64,000 bases of DNA from Ignavibacteria bacterium (GCA_019912545.1 JAIOIK010000198.1:6679-70678); one strand, 5' to 3'. Shown: positions 18,339-28,487, counted from the first letter of the stretch. Notes: a model not told the origin generated them from the letters alone. Made by a program: numbers and translations.

Positions 18339-19451
18339 ATGAAGATTTTAAAGTCATGCGGTTCTGCATCTTGGGGCGGATTGGAAATATATTTTATCCG
18401 CACTGCAGTTGAATTATCAAAAATGGACCACGATGTTACCATATTATGCCGGGCAAACTCTTATATTTCGCAGGCTGCCAAGAATGCAGATATTCAATTC
18501 CTACCGATATTACGGAAGGGACCTGTCAGAATTCAATCAATTCTTAAACTAATCAGCCTGTTGAAATCAGAAATCTACGATGTAATTCATACACACTTGT
18601 CAAATGATCTATGGACAATAGTTCCGGCAGTAAAGCTCGCAGGAGCAGGTTCTGGATTAGTCCTCACAAAATGTATGGCAAGCGGCTTAAAAAAGAAAGA
18701 CATCTTCCATAAATTCCTTTATAACAGGGTTGATAAAATTACTGCGGTATCACGATTTATAAGTAAAAACGTATCTGAAACCTGCCCGGTTCCTGAAGAA
18801 AAAATAATTGTGATGCATGATTCAATTTCGCTGGAAGAATTTGATCCCGGAAGATATGATAAAGCTTCCGTTAGAAAAGAGTTGGGTTTTAGCGAAAACA
18901 ATATTATTGTGGGTATTATCGGCAGAATGACACCCGGCAAAGGGTATGAAATATTCTTTGAATCAGTAAAGATGATCACATCCCTTAAAGAAAAAATGAG
19001 CATTCGTTTCCTTGCAATCGGAGCCTCAAGCGCCGGCGAGAAAGAATATGGTAAAGAACTTCTCAACCTGTCAAATAGCTTGGGTGTAACGGATAAAATT
19101 ACTTTCACGGGTTTCCAAAATGATATCCCGAAATACCTTTTGGCAATGGATATTCTTGCTTTCCCTTCAAATGAGGAATCATTCGGCGGAACTGCACTTG
19201 AAGCTATGGCTATGAAAGTACCTGTTGTTGCATTTGATTCAGCCGGAGTGCCGGATATAATTGTAGATAACGAGACCGGATTTTTGGTGGAGCGAAACAA
19301 CATTGAAAGATTCACAGAAGCATTATTGAAACTAATACATGATCCTGAACTCAGAAGCAGGTTTGGTGCTGCGGGAAGAAAGCGGGCAAAAGAGCATTTT
19401 GAAATAAGTGCGAATATGAATACCTTTGTAGAACTATACAGATCACTGTAA
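18339..19451 (+). CDS. glycosyltransferase family 4 (GT-B)
   Basis: MKILKSCGSASWGGLE.. N-terminal domain. C-terminal EESFGGTALEAMAMKVPVVAFDSAGVPDIIVDNETGFLVE (E-x7-E region typical of GT4). Confidence 0.85.
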   Translation: MKILKSCGSASWGGLEIYFIRTAVELSKMDHDVTILCRANSYISQAAKNADIQFLPILRKGPVRIQSILKLISLLKSEIYDVIHTHLSNDLWTIVPAVKLAGAGSGLVLTKCMASGLKKKDIFHKFLYNRVDKITAVSRFISKNVSETCPVPEEKIIVMHDSISLEEFDPGRYDKASVRKELGFSENNIIVGIIGRMTPGKGYEIFFESVKMITSLKEKMSIRFLAIGASSAGEKEYGKELLNLSNSLGVTDKITFTGFQNDIPKYLLAMDILAFPSNEESFGGTALEAMAMKVPVVAFDSAGVPDIIVDNETGFLVERNNIERFTEALLKLIHDPELRSRFGAAGRKRAKEHFEISANMNTFVELYRSL

Positions 19452-19458
19452 TAAATTC

Positions 19459-19944
19459 ATGAGAAAAAGATTAAGTGCAGGCTTATTAATGTATCGGATA
19501 AAGGATGGGTTGCCCGAAGTTTTCCTTGCCCACCCCGGAGGCCCGTACTTCTTCAAGAAAGATAACGGACACTGGACAATTCCAAAAGGTGAACCGGATG
19601 AAGAGGAAAATGTAGATCTGCTGGTCACAGCGCTGCGTGAATTTAAAGAAGAAACAGGGATCATTCCTGCGGGTGATTTCGTTCCAATGGGTACTGTGCT
19701 TCAAAAAGGCGGCAAGGAAGTCCATTGCTGGATCTTTGAAGGCGATATTCCTAAGAACTATCAGCATGAATGTAATATTTATGAAGAAGAATGGCCTCCA
19801 AATTCAGGTGAGTATCGTGAATTCCCGGAAATTGACAAGGTAGAATTTTTTGGAATTGAAGAAGCAAAAATCAAAATTAAGGCTGCTCAGATCCCTTTAA
19901 TAGACAGGCTAATAGAATATTTACAAAGTGAACAAAAGATTTGA
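19459..19944 (+). CDS. NUDIX family hydrolase
   Basis: SAGLLMYR...FLAHPGGPYF..WTIPKGEPDEEENVDLLVTALREFKEETGI (Nudix box GX5EX7REUXEEXGU). Confidence 0.85.
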   Translation: MRKRLSAGLLMYRIKDGLPEVFLAHPGGPYFFKKDNGHWTIPKGEPDEEENVDLLVTALREFKEETGIIPAGDFVPMGTVLQKGGKEVHCWIFEGDIPKNYQHECNIYEEEWPPNSGEYREFPEIDKVEFFGIEEAKIKIKAAQIPLIDRLIEYLQSEQKI

Positions 19945-20109
19945 CCTCATTAATTGTGGCATAAATATCCTCAATTTGTTGTCAATGCGGATCGTATGAG
20001 AATTACTTTTCAGAGATTTGTGCTTTTTGCATTCTCTAAATTCTTAAAATGAGAAACAAAAATTCACTATTTCCATTATTTAGATAATCCGTTATATTGC
20101 CAATAGAAC

Positions 20110-20664
20110 ATGCCGGAAAAACCCGCAAAAGGAAAAATACTGATATCCGAACCGTTTTTGAATGACCCTAACTTCAAGAGAACGATTATTTTACTGACAG
20201 AGCATTCAGAAGAAGGCTCAGTTGGTTTTGTGCTCAATAAACCAACTGAATACAAGATCAATAAGGTTATTGAAGACTTTCCGGATTTTGACTCTGTTGT
20301 TTATTACGGCGGCCCAGTTCAGCTAAACACACTTCAGTTCATATATAGGGGCGAAAACCTTATTGAGAATTCAATTGAAATAATGCCCGGCCTGTTTTGG
20401 GGCGGGAGTTTTGATATACTGAAGACACTAATTGAAGCTAATGCAGTAAGTCCGAACGATTTTCGTTTTTTCATTGGATACTCAGGCTGGGATGATGGCC
20501 AGATTGAGGAAGAAATGAACATCAATTCGTGGATTGTAACTGAGACTTCAATAGATAATATCTTTTCCGAAGAACCTGATAAGCTTTGGCGGGAGATACT
20601 CAAATCCATGGGTAAAAAATTCGCCATCCTTGCAAGCTTCCCTGAAAACCCGAGCGTGAATTAA
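20110..20664 (+). CDS. YqgE/AlgH family protein (UPF0301)
   Basis: GKILISEPFLNDPNFKRTIILLTEHSEEGSVGFVLNKP..GGPV..GYSGW..GQIEEE, characteristic of the family. Confidence 0.85.
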   Translation: MPEKPAKGKILISEPFLNDPNFKRTIILLTEHSEEGSVGFVLNKPTEYKINKVIEDFPDFDSVVYYGGPVQLNTLQFIYRGENLIENSIEIMPGLFWGGSFDILKTLIEANAVSPNDFRFFIGYSGWDDGQIEEEMNINSWIVTETSIDNIFSEEPDKLWREILKSMGKKFAILASFPENPSVN

Positions 20665-20668
20665 TACT

Positions 20669-21814
20669 CTATTTATTGAAAGTTAGATCAATCTGAATAA
20701 TCTCCGGACGATTTCCGGTTCTTACCGGCGGACCCCATGTACCGACACCGCAAGAGACATAATAATGTGTATTTCCTTTTTTCAAGTAACCCATACTAAG
20801 TGTATAAACATTTTTTGTAATAAAATTAAACGGCCAAAGCTGTCCGTGATGCGTGTGACCGGAAAGCTGAAGATCAATGCCATCTTTTTCAGCCTGTGCA
20901 AGCTTTACCGGCTGATGATCCATTAATACAATTGGCAGTGATCTGTCTATTCCATCCATGATAATTCCCAGGGGCTTTCGGAGTATCCCTGCAAAGCTCT
21001 TGCTTGCAAGGTCTTCCCTGCCGACAATGTAAAAAGATTCATTGATCTTTACATAACTGTCGCGAAGTTCTGTAATTCCATGCGCGGCTAAATATTTGCA
21101 CGCAGGCTTTACTCCCCCAATGTATTCATGGTTGCCAGTCACAGCAAATACTCCGTACTTTGATCTTATCTTCTTAAGCACTTCTCCAAGATTCTGTCTA
21201 ATTACAGGCGCAATATCTTCATCAACCACATCACCCGGCAGCAAAATAATATCTGCATTGATAGAATTTATCATATCAACTATCTTTTCAAGGCGGCTGC
21301 GGCTTATAATTGTGCCAAGGTGAATATCAGAAGCAACTGCAATTTTAAGCATGGATAATTTTCCTGCTCTTTTATGTATAGAGAGGTTCAACTTCTTTAT
21401 CACAGGATTTCTGGCGTTGATATACCCCAAAAGCACTATTATTATTACTGCTGAAACAACACTATCAAAGATCAGCTGCTTGTAATATGCTGAATATACT
21501 GCAGGAATGAATCCTAAAAAGATATTGAAGAACCTTAACAGGTCTATCAGTACAACAAACAACAGGAAATACACCATAGCTGCCAGCCAGAAAGAACCTA
21601 TCCACACAAATATGTTTACAATAGTGCCGGGAAATTTTCGTTCAAGAAATCTGCCAATGATGTAAGAAAGTGATAGGAACAGGTATATTATTGTATATGA
21701 TAAAGCATCAGACTGCGGAAGTGCATTTAATCCGGTAATATAGATATAATAGTTTACTAAACCATATACACTTAAGACTATTGATAAGAATATTACGAAT
21801 GATGATTTTTTCAA
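20669..21814 (-). CDS. membrane-anchored metallophosphoesterase (YkuE/calcineurin-like)
   Basis: N-terminal TM helices, then ASDIHLG, PGDVVDE, TGNHE, SGHTHHGQ metallophosphoesterase motifs. Confidence 0.85.
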   Translation of the reverse strand: MKKSSFVIFLSIVLSVYGLVNYYIYITGLNALPQSDALSYTIIYLFLSLSYIIGRFLERKFPGTIVNIFVWIGSFWLAAMVYFLLFVVLIDLLRFFNIFLGFIPAVYSAYYKQLIFDSVVSAVIIIVLLGYINARNPVIKKLNLSIHKRAGKLSMLKIAVASDIHLGTIISRSRLEKIVDMINSINADIILLPGDVVDEDIAPVIRQNLGEVLKKIRSKYGVFAVTGNHEYIGGVKPACKYLAAHGITELRDSYVKINESFYIVGREDLASKSFAGILRKPLGIIMDGIDRSLPIVLMDHQPVKLAQAEKDGIDLQLSGHTHHGQLWPFNFITKNVYTLSMGYLKKGNTHYYVSCGVGTWGPPVRTGNRPEIIQIDLTFNK

Positions 21815-21838
21815 ATTGCTGAAATTCCCGGCATCAAA

Positions 21839-21934
21839 ATTCGTGCCACGAATATCTTATTCCTTAAATTTAATGGACTGCTTAACATATTAGTTTCTAC
21901 AAAATTTCTCAAGTTGCTTATTCGTGGCACGAAT
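21839..21934. repeat. inverted 15-bp repeat pair ATTCGTGCCACGAAT / ATTCGTGGCACGAAT
   Basis: Copies at 21839-21853 and 21920-21934 are exact reverse complements, about 66 nt apart, in the intergenic region. Confidence 0.6.
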
Positions 21935-21943
21935 CGGTATTTC

Positions 21944-21978
21944 CACTCATCGGATGACTCCAAGTCATCCGATGAGTG
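21944..21978 (-). terminator. perfect 15-bp stem hairpin immediately after the thioesterase stop codon
   Basis: CACTCATCGGATGAC-tccaa-GTCATCCGATGAGTG. The stop codon of 21980-22402 abuts it. No clear U-run, so terminator function is uncertain. Confidence 0.45.
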
Positions 21979-21979
21979 A

Positions 21980-22402
21980 TTATCCCGTGAGTGGTTTTAA
22001 TATCATATAATTTACCTGCGCTACTGCGACCATAGTTCCTTTGTTATCAAACATATTAACTGCAACAGGTGCGAGCGTTTTGCCATGTTTTATTACTTTC
22101 GCAATTGCTCTTACATCGCTTCTGCAGGCGGAAAGAAAACGTATGTTCATATCAGTTGTGGTTATTGCGGCTTCAGCTCCGGCAAGCGTTAACAATGCAA
22201 ATGCGGAAATAGAATCTGCAACTGTCATCAGAAGTCCTCCATGGAATGATTCATAAATCCCGTCGTATTTCTTATCATGTTTCACGATTGCCTCGCAAAT
22301 ACCGTTATCCATCTCTATGAATTCAAAACCAAGAGTATTGACAATTGGAATTTTTTGAATTCGCTCCAGTACGTCTTGCCTGATTATTTTTTGATTTAGC
22401 AT
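21980..22402 (-). CDS. PaaI-family (hotdog fold) thioesterase
   Basis: ..ESFHGGLLMTVADSISAFALL.. motif; a 140-aa size typical of PaaI/YbgC-like hotdog proteins. Confidence 0.8.
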   Translation of the reverse strand: MLNQKIIRQDVLERIQKIPIVNTLGFEFIEMDNGICEAIVKHDKKYDGIYESFHGGLLMTVADSISAFALLTLAGAEAAITTTDMNIRFLSACRSDVRAIAKVIKHGKTLAPVAVNMFDNKGTMVAVAQVNYMILKPLTG

Positions 22403-22503
22403 GATGTTAATTTTAATATTGATCGTACTTCATAAAAAAGGAGCGATAAGATCACTCCTAATTACCATAACAATGTTTCACAAGACTTCTATTATGCTAT
22501 TTG

Positions 22504-23415
22504 TTAAACCTTTTCAACTTCCTTTTTGCCCAAGATCCCGGTAGGCTTAAACAAAAGTATCAGGATCAGGATTCCAAACGCAATTGCATCGCGGTATGTA
22601 GGCGATATATAGCCTGTGACAAAAGTCTCAAGCAGACCTATTATCATTCCGCCAATTGCCGCACCGGGGATGTTGCCAATTCCGCCCAAAACTGCGGCAA
22701 CAAATGCCTTCAAGCCGGGCAGAATACCCATTAGCGGGTCAATACTCGGATAATTTAGCCCGTATAAAATACCTGCTGCACCTGCAAGCGAAGAACCGAC
22801 AATGAAAGTGAAGCTGATAACTCCGTTAATATTTATTCCCATTAGGCTAGCAGCAGTTGGGTTATAAGAAACAGCGCGCATGGCTGTACCGATCTTGGTT
22901 TTCATGACAATTAGCCTGAGTGAATACATCAATAATCCCGCAGTAACAAGAACCACCAAAGGATTAGAGCCTATCACTGCACCGGAAAGATTGATCACCG
23001 GTTTATTTTCAAGCAGGCTTGGAAATGATTTGGGGTCTGCCCCGAAAATAAGCTGACCGGAATACTCAAGGAACAAAGATACTCCGATAGCTGTAATAAG
23101 TATAGCAAGCTTGGGCGATTTCCTGAGAGGCTTATAAGCAAGTTTTTCAATTGTGAATCCAAGCAAACCTGTAATTGCCATTGAACCGATAAGGATAAGA
23201 AAAGCCAGCGCAAGAGAAGTCACTCCCCCGCTTGTTGCAAAAGAAAACAGTATGCCAAGATAGTAGCCTGAAAAAGCGCCTATCATAAACACATCACCGT
23301 GGGCAAAATTAATGAACCTTAATATGCCATATATCATTGTATAGCCAAGCGCGATCAGAGCATAAATGCTTCCGAGTGAGAGTCCGTTAAATACCTGTTG
23401 TATAAACTCAGTCAT
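22504..23415 (-). CDS. livH: branched-chain amino acid ABC transporter permease (LivH type)
   Basis: MTEFIQQVFNGLSLGSIYALIALGYTMIYGILRFINFAHGDVFMIGAF.. is the canonical LivH N-terminus; about 8 TM segments. Confidence 0.9.
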   Translation of the reverse strand: MTEFIQQVFNGLSLGSIYALIALGYTMIYGILRFINFAHGDVFMIGAFSGYYLGILFSFATSGGVTSLALAFLILIGSMAITGLLGFTIEKLAYKPLRKSPKLAILITAIGVSLFLEYSGQLIFGADPKSFPSLLENKPVINLSGAVIGSNPLVVLVTAGLLMYSLRLIVMKTKIGTAMRAVSYNPTAASLMGININGVISFTFIVGSSLAGAAGILYGLNYPSIDPLMGILPGLKAFVAAVLGGIGNIPGAAIGGMIIGLLETFVTGYISPTYRDAIAFGILILILLFKPTGILGKKEVEKV

Positions 23416-23418
23416 TAC

Positions 23419-23497
23419 AAATAGTGAAATTGTGAGATTGTGAAATAGTGAACTGCAAAAATAGTGAAATATTGAACTTGTGAAATAGTGAAGTATA
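23419..23497 (+). repeat. two tandem ~40-bp units rich in (A)AATAGTGAAAT / TGTGAAATAGTGAA
   Basis: aaatagtgaaattgtgagattgtgaaatagtgaactgca / aaatagtgaaatattgaacttgtgaaatagtgaagtata. An inverted copy GAAATAGTGAAATAGTGAG lies at 23924-23943 (read on the minus strand). Confidence 0.8.
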
Positions 23498-23513
23498 GAA
23501 ACAAAATAATAAT

Positions 23514-23870
23514 CTACTTATTGTTTTTTGCAGTTTTCCTGGAAACTGCCATTATTTTAGTAATTTCAATTGATTCTTTATACAGTGAACTAAGTTTGCT
23601 TTCAGAAACAATTCCGGACTCGATCAACAGCTCCATCCAGAAAGATGTTTCGTCTGCTTCTTCTACTACAATTGAAAGTTTTGAATTAAACTCAGCTTTA
23701 GATCTTACCCTGGTGGCTGCTCTGAAATTCGCACCAACCGAACAACCAGATCTCAAAAGCTGTTTGCCAATTACTCTCGCTTCATCGGTCTTCGGAAGTG
23801 AGCGAAATAGTTTTATGATTCTTAATGCAAATTGTTTTGTCCGCTCTCTGAATTCATCATTAAATCCCAT
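23514..23870 (-). CDS. four-helix-bundle protein (23S rRNA intervening-sequence protein family)
   Basis: FRERTKQFALRIIKLFRSLPKTDEARVIGKQLLRSGCSVGANFRAATRVRSKAEFNSKLSIVVEEADETSFWMELL matches the family hallmark (..GANY/F.EA....S..DF..KL.I...E..ET..WL.L). Confidence 0.85.
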   Translation of the reverse strand: MGFNDEFRERTKQFALRIIKLFRSLPKTDEARVIGKQLLRSGCSVGANFRAATRVRSKAEFNSKLSIVVEEADETSFWMELLIESGIVSESKLSSLYKESIEITKIMAVSRKTAKNNK

Positions 23871-23960
23871 AAGGGAATCCTTTCTATATTATGATTTTAA
23901 CAGAAATTCTGAATTATTCAATTCTCACTATTTCACTATTTCTTTATCCCGCTATTTATT

Positions 23961-25100
23961 TTATGGTTGTACTGTTTCTTTGTATTTAAACAATCCGCCT
24001 TTGATCTCGAGAATTACTGCGGGTTTTACCGCATTACGCTGTTCGTTTATAGATATCTTTCCTGTTACACCTGCGAAGTTAACTGTCTTTGCAAGCTCGT
24101 TCTTTATCTTCTCCGGTTCTGTTACACCTGCACGTTTTATGGCATCGAATAATATCATACCGGCGTCATAAGCTAAAAAGCTCATTGCATCGGGCATCAT
24201 ATTGTATTTCTCTTTATACTTCTTAATAAAATTCTGCACTGCCGGATCCGGATTTTCAGTTGATACATGTGTTGAGAAATAGCATCCTTCAAGCGCATCT
24301 TTTGCTTTGCCTTCAGTAAGCTTTTCAGATTCCCAGCCATCGCCGCCAAACAGCGGTACTGTGATACCTATCTCCCTTGCCTGTATTGCAATTAAGCCAA
24401 CATCAGTATAGTAACCCGGAATAAATATTGCTTCGGGATTCCTTGATTTTATCGCGGTTAACTGCGCTTTAAAATCTTTATCTCCTGCTGAGTATGATTG
24501 TATCTCAACGATCTCTCCGCCTGCGGCTTTGAATTCTTTTTCAAAGAAATCAGCAAGTCCGGTGCTGTAAGCATTTTTAACATCTTTTAGAATAGCAACT
24601 TTTTTTACTTTAAGCGAATTGATCGCAAACTTGGTAAGTACTGTTGCCTGGAATGGATCAATAAAGCAAACCCTGAAGATATAATCTCCAATTGCAGTTA
24701 CTTCCGGATTAGTTGATGCAGGTGTGATCATGGGGATCTTATTTTCCTGGCATTTTGGAGCTGCTGCTTTTGAGCGTGATGAAGCTACTTCGCCAATTAC
24801 AGCAACAACATTATCATTTTTAATAAGCCTTTGCACAACTGTTTGTGCTTCGGATGGTTTTCCCTGGTCATCATAGGTAATAAGTTTTACTTTCTTGCCA
24901 AGAAGGCCCCCTGAGCTGTTAATTTCTTCAACAGCAAGCTTAAGGCCGTTTGTTGATGAAATGCCAAAAGTGGCTTCAGAGCCTGTAAGCGACCCATATT
25001 CCCCGATGAGTATCTCATCGCCGCTGCCTTTATTGCACGCTGAAAATGTAAATACAATTGCCGCAATTGCAACAAAAGAACTCAAAAGTAATTTTTTCAT
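23961..25100 (-). CDS. ABC transporter substrate-binding lipoprotein, branched-chain amino acid (LivK/LivJ-like, type 1 PBP)
   Basis: Lipoprotein signal ..FTFSACNK. ILIGEYGSLTGSEATFG, GVVAVIGEVASS and FIPGYY are typical of Leu/Ile/Val-binding proteins. Confidence 0.88.
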   Translation of the reverse strand: MKKLLLSSFVAIAAIVFTFSACNKGSGDEILIGEYGSLTGSEATFGISSTNGLKLAVEEINSSGGLLGKKVKLITYDDQGKPSEAQTVVQRLIKNDNVVAVIGEVASSRSKAAAPKCQENKIPMITPASTNPEVTAIGDYIFRVCFIDPFQATVLTKFAINSLKVKKVAILKDVKNAYSTGLADFFEKEFKAAGGEIVEIQSYSAGDKDFKAQLTAIKSRNPEAIFIPGYYTDVGLIAIQAREIGITVPLFGGDGWESEKLTEGKAKDALEGCYFSTHVSTENPDPAVQNFIKKYKEKYNMMPDAMSFLAYDAGMILFDAIKRAGVTEPEKIKNELAKTVNFAGVTGKISINEQRNAVKPAVILEIKGGLFKYKETVQP

Positions 25101-25224
25101 GTTGTGTTAGGTTGATTTTTTACTGGATTTGTTACCAATAATACCGATTTTGTGCTATATAATCAATTAATTAAAAAAGCCTGATGAAGGTTTTAACTAC
25201 CAGCGCTTTTTGCGAAAGAAGCAA

Positions 25225-25752
25225 TCATAATTTTTTCAATAGTATTTCAAAAAAAAGCTTTTCTTTAGTATCACCAAAAGTATCGCCCCCAGCGCCGAAT
25301 TCTTCAAGCTCACCTGTTGCAGAATAACCGCGGCGGACATAATACTCGATTAGCTCTGTCCTTCTGCTTATTACTTTCATTCTGATCTCACTCAAACCAA
25401 AAACTTCTTTTGTGTATCGCTCGCATTCAGCAATTAACAATTTACCAATACCTTTGGCCTGAATATCAACATCAACTGAAAGCATTCCCAAATAAGAAAA
25501 CGTTCCCGCATTTTCGAGGTGAACGCAACCAATGATATTTCTATCAAAAACCGCTAATATGATCACATCATTTTTGCTCTCAATTATCTCAGAAATTTTC
25601 TCGTCGGTAATTCTTATACCGCTCAGGAATTCCGCTTCCGTAGTCCACCCCTTTTTGGAGTTTTCTCCGCGGTAAACCGAATTTACAAGCTGTGATATTC
25701 TTTCAGAATCAGTTTTTTCTGCAATCTTTAATTCTATTTCTTCTTTCTGCAT
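25225..25752 (-). CDS. GNAT family N-acetyltransferase
   Basis: ..MLSVDVDIQAKGIGKLLIAECE.. (acetyl-CoA binding Q/RxxGxG/A motif); 175 aa. Confidence 0.85.
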   Translation of the reverse strand: MQKEEIELKIAEKTDSERISQLVNSVYRGENSKKGWTTEAEFLSGIRITDEKISEIIESKNDVIILAVFDRNIIGCVHLENAGTFSYLGMLSVDVDIQAKGIGKLLIAECERYTKEVFGLSEIRMKVISRRTELIEYYVRRGYSATGELEEFGAGGDTFGDTKEKLFFEILLKKL

Positions 25753-25759
25753 ATTAGAA

Positions 25760-25786
25760 AAGCCGCAATTATTTCTAACGCGGCTT
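25760..25786 (-). terminator. hairpin downstream of the mltD-like gene
   Basis: AAGCCGC-aattatttctaac-GCGGCTT (7-bp stem) with T/A-rich flanks on both sides. Confidence 0.4.
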
Positions 25787-25823
25787 CTATTTTTTACATT
25801 TTGCTTATTTATTTTTATTCAAA

Positions 25824-28169
25824 TCACTTTTTCACAACCAGCTTCTGCCCTATTTCAATAGTATCGCCTTTTATCTTATTCCATTTCTTAAGGTCTGCTA
25901 TTGTTACATCATATTTATCGGCAATCTTTCCAAGGGTCTCGCCCTTTTTTACCGTGTGGTAGCTTGTCTTGGATTTCTTTTCCTTCTTTTTGGTGTCCTT
26001 CTTAGTAGTTTCTTTAGCGGGATATAGCTTCAGGATTTGTCCTTCCTGAATTACATCACTTTCAAGCGAATTCCAATCCTTGATATCTGCAACAGATACA
26101 CCGTTTGCATCGGCTATCTTCGTTAAGTTATCCCCTGCTTTCACAGTGTAGGTTTTTGCTTTTTTGCTTGAGGAGTTGACCTTCTTATCAGAATAAATTT
26201 TAAGTTTTTGACCTACAAGAATCTTATCACCTTCAAGGTCATTCCAGTCTTTTACATCTGCAACATCAACATCAAAATTATCCGCTATACCAGTTAAATT
26301 ATCGCCTTCTTTAACGGTATATGTCTGGTAGCTCTGCTTCTTTTTCTTAGTATCTGTCTTTTTATCTGATTTCTTTTCTTCTTTTTTTTCAACGGGTTCC
26401 TCAGATTTATCCACTTCTGAGTCGTTATCATTTCTGTGTTCTTTGTTTACAAGTACATTCTCATCTTTTTTCTCAGTGGTTTCATTGTTTTCAACCGGTG
26501 TTTCTGTTTTGGGTGTTTCCGTTACAGGAGTTTCTGTTTTTGTAGTATTTGTCTCTTCACTGTATTCTTCAACAACTTCAGTGAGGTTTTCCTGCTTCTT
26601 TTCTTCTTCTTTTACACCATAAAGCTCTTTGTATTTTTCCCTGGTAAGCCAAACAGAAAGCTTGTCACCTGTTTTAGGATAAGTGCCGTATCCTAAATTA
26701 TTCCACAACCTTAAGTCAGATGGGCGGACTGAATACTTGAGTGAAACATTATACAAATCCTCTTTATCTGCTATATTATGGAAAACCAGCTCACGGTTTG
26801 AGGTGCTGATTATATAGCGTGTATCTTCAACCTTGTAATCAATTACTTTAAAGTATGAAAACGTTTCTTCATGGTTCACAGAAGCCGTTCCTTCATTGCC
26901 TTCAAACACAGGTTTGAAACTGTATTTTTCTACATCACCTGCATTTTCGTAATTAGCGCTGAACTCTTTGAACTTACCTTTTGGTATTTTTATCAGATAC
27001 CCGTCTTCAAAAACCGGGGTTGATTCTGTTAACATTTGAGAGTTAAGATCACGGATAGTCTCCACATCAGAGTTGCAAAGTTCAGCTATTTTATCTATAG
27101 TTATGGCAGATTTGATCGAAACCCTGTCATATTCTATAGGTGTTCCCCATTCAACATCATTGAATCCATACTTAGGCGGATCCAGACAGATCAAAGCTAC
27201 AGCAATATACTGAGGAACGTAATTTCTTGTTTCCTTAGGCAGGTATTCCCTGAGTGTCCAGAAGTCTGTTGACCCAGATTTTTTGATAGCGCCGGTAATT
27301 CTTCCCGGGCCGGCATTATAAGATGCCATTGCGAGATACCAGTCACCAAATGACTTGTAAAGATCTTTCAAATGTCTTGCTGCGGCATCTGTAGCTTTTT
27401 CAGGGTCACGTTTATCATCAGTATATCCGTCATAATACAATCCGTAAGCTGAGCCGGTTGTTGGCATGAATTGCCATAACCCTATTGCTCCCGCCCATGA
27501 ACTTATCTTTGGGTCAAGCCCTGATTCGATCATAGAAAGGTATATCAGTTCTTCCGGTGCATTGTTTTCTTTTAATATTGCCCTCATAAGATTGGAATAT
27601 TTCCCAAGCCTGTAGAGCCATTTATCCATGTACTTTCTTCCTGTACCTGTAAAATAGTTTATATAATCCTGAACGGGACCATTTTCAACAAGCGGAATAT
27701 CGTTACACTTGGGGAGTTCATCAGGGTCAAAACTGTTAGAGAAAGATTTCTTTTCAACTATTTCGTATTTTATACCAAGTTTTGCCGCAAGTTTGAATAC
27801 TTTGTTATTATCTTTGAGGTCTTTGTGCGCAGTTATGTAATCCTGCACAATTCCGCTGGCAAGCTCTTTGTAATCTTTTTCCCAGCCGTAATGCTTTGCA
27901 AGATTTTTTGTATCTATCTTATTAAGGTCTTTTAAAGCTGCTTCAAATTCCTCACCGGAAGATTTTGGATCAGCCTGTTCATTAAACTGCAGAGCCTTTG
28001 TGTAATGTATGCGTGCGTTTTCCAGGGCAAGATAAACGCTTACTGAATCTTTTTTCTTTTTAACCTCTGCATCTTCTTCTTCATCAATATCTGAGCCTCC
28101 GCAGCCTGCTAAATACTGAAGTGAGATGAAGGCAAAAAGAATATATAGTAGGATAGAAATTCTTTTCAT
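25824..28169 (-). CDS. membrane-bound lytic murein transglycosylase (MltD-like) with three C-terminal LysM domains
   Basis: SLT catalytic region [35 protein letters not shown]. Three LysM repeats ([16 protein letters not shown].., [16 protein letters not shown].., [16 protein letters not shown]..). Low-complexity TETP/K-E-rich linker. Confidence 0.9.
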   Translation of the reverse strand: MKRISILLYILFAFISLQYLAGCGGSDIDEEEDAEVKKKKDSVSVYLALENARIHYTKALQFNEQADPKSSGEEFEAALKDLNKIDTKNLAKHYGWEKDYKELASGIVQDYITAHKDLKDNNKVFKLAAKLGIKYEIVEKKSFSNSFDPDELPKCNDIPLVENGPVQDYINYFTGTGRKYMDKWLYRLGKYSNLMRAILKENNAPEELIYLSMIESGLDPKISSWAGAIGLWQFMPTTGSAYGLYYDGYTDDKRDPEKATDAAARHLKDLYKSFGDWYLAMASYNAGPGRITGAIKKSGSTDFWTLREYLPKETRNYVPQYIAVALICLDPPKYGFNDVEWGTPIEYDRVSIKSAITIDKIAELCNSDVETIRDLNSQMLTESTPVFEDGYLIKIPKGKFKEFSANYENAGDVEKYSFKPVFEGNEGTASVNHEETFSYFKVIDYKVEDTRYIISTSNRELVFHNIADKEDLYNVSLKYSVRPSDLRLWNNLGYGTYPKTGDKLSVWLTREKYKELYGVKEEEKKQENLTEVVEEYSEETNTTKTETPVTETPKTETPVENNETTEKKDENVLVNKEHRNDNDSEVDKSEEPVEKKEEKKSDKKTDTKKKKQSYQTYTVKEGDNLTGIADNFDVDVADVKDWNDLEGDKILVGQKLKIYSDKKVNSSSKKAKTYTVKAGDNLTKIADANGVSVADIKDWNSLESDVIQEGQILKLYPAKETTKKDTKKKEKKSKTSYHTVKKGETLGKIADKYDVTIADLKKWNKIKGDTIEIGQKLVVKK

Positions 28170-28487
28170 ATTACTGGTTTCTCCTTATAAAATTTGCTGA
28201 TAAACCAAATTCGATCATTAATATAAAATAAGCAATCTTTAAAATCAAGCTATTTATTAAATAAACCCCGCAATTAACATATAAATATAGCAGATATCAG
28301 TGAATTATACTCAAATTTTTATAACTTTGTTCCACGTGCGTATAATACTGTACAATAGAAATTTATTCCTGATATTCAGGGAAGGACAATCCAAAACAAG
28401 GTCATCTTAATGCAATACCCCCATAAGTGAATATTACTTATAACATTTTTAAGTTAAACTTGTTCCATAACCGGAATTCAAGCTGAA

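Noticed and set aside
18107-18442. 111-aa minus-strand ORF across the kinase / GT4 intergenic region
   Set aside because: It overlaps the well-supported GT4 start and has no motif. The intergenic part is probably a promoter region.
18719-19315. 198-aa minus-strand ORF
   Set aside because: It is an antisense shadow of the GT4 glycosyltransferase gene, which has clear family motifs.
23419-23497. Possible CRISPR-like array
   Set aside because: There are only two degenerate ~40-bp units without unique spacers, and no cas genes in the window. It is better described as a flanking tandem repeat.
23488-24171. 227-aa plus-strand ORF spanning the four-helix-bundle cassette and the 3' end of the binding-protein gene
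   Set aside because: It lies antisense to two well-supported minus-strand genes. It is serine/leucine/phenylalanine-rich and low in complexity, starts inside the tandem repeat, and has no motif.
28322-28329. TAACTTTG match to the Bacteroidota -7 promoter consensus upstream of lipB
   Set aside because: It lies about 160 nt upstream of the lipB start with no supporting -33 element. A single 8-mer match in AT-rich intergenic DNA is not sufficient evidence.
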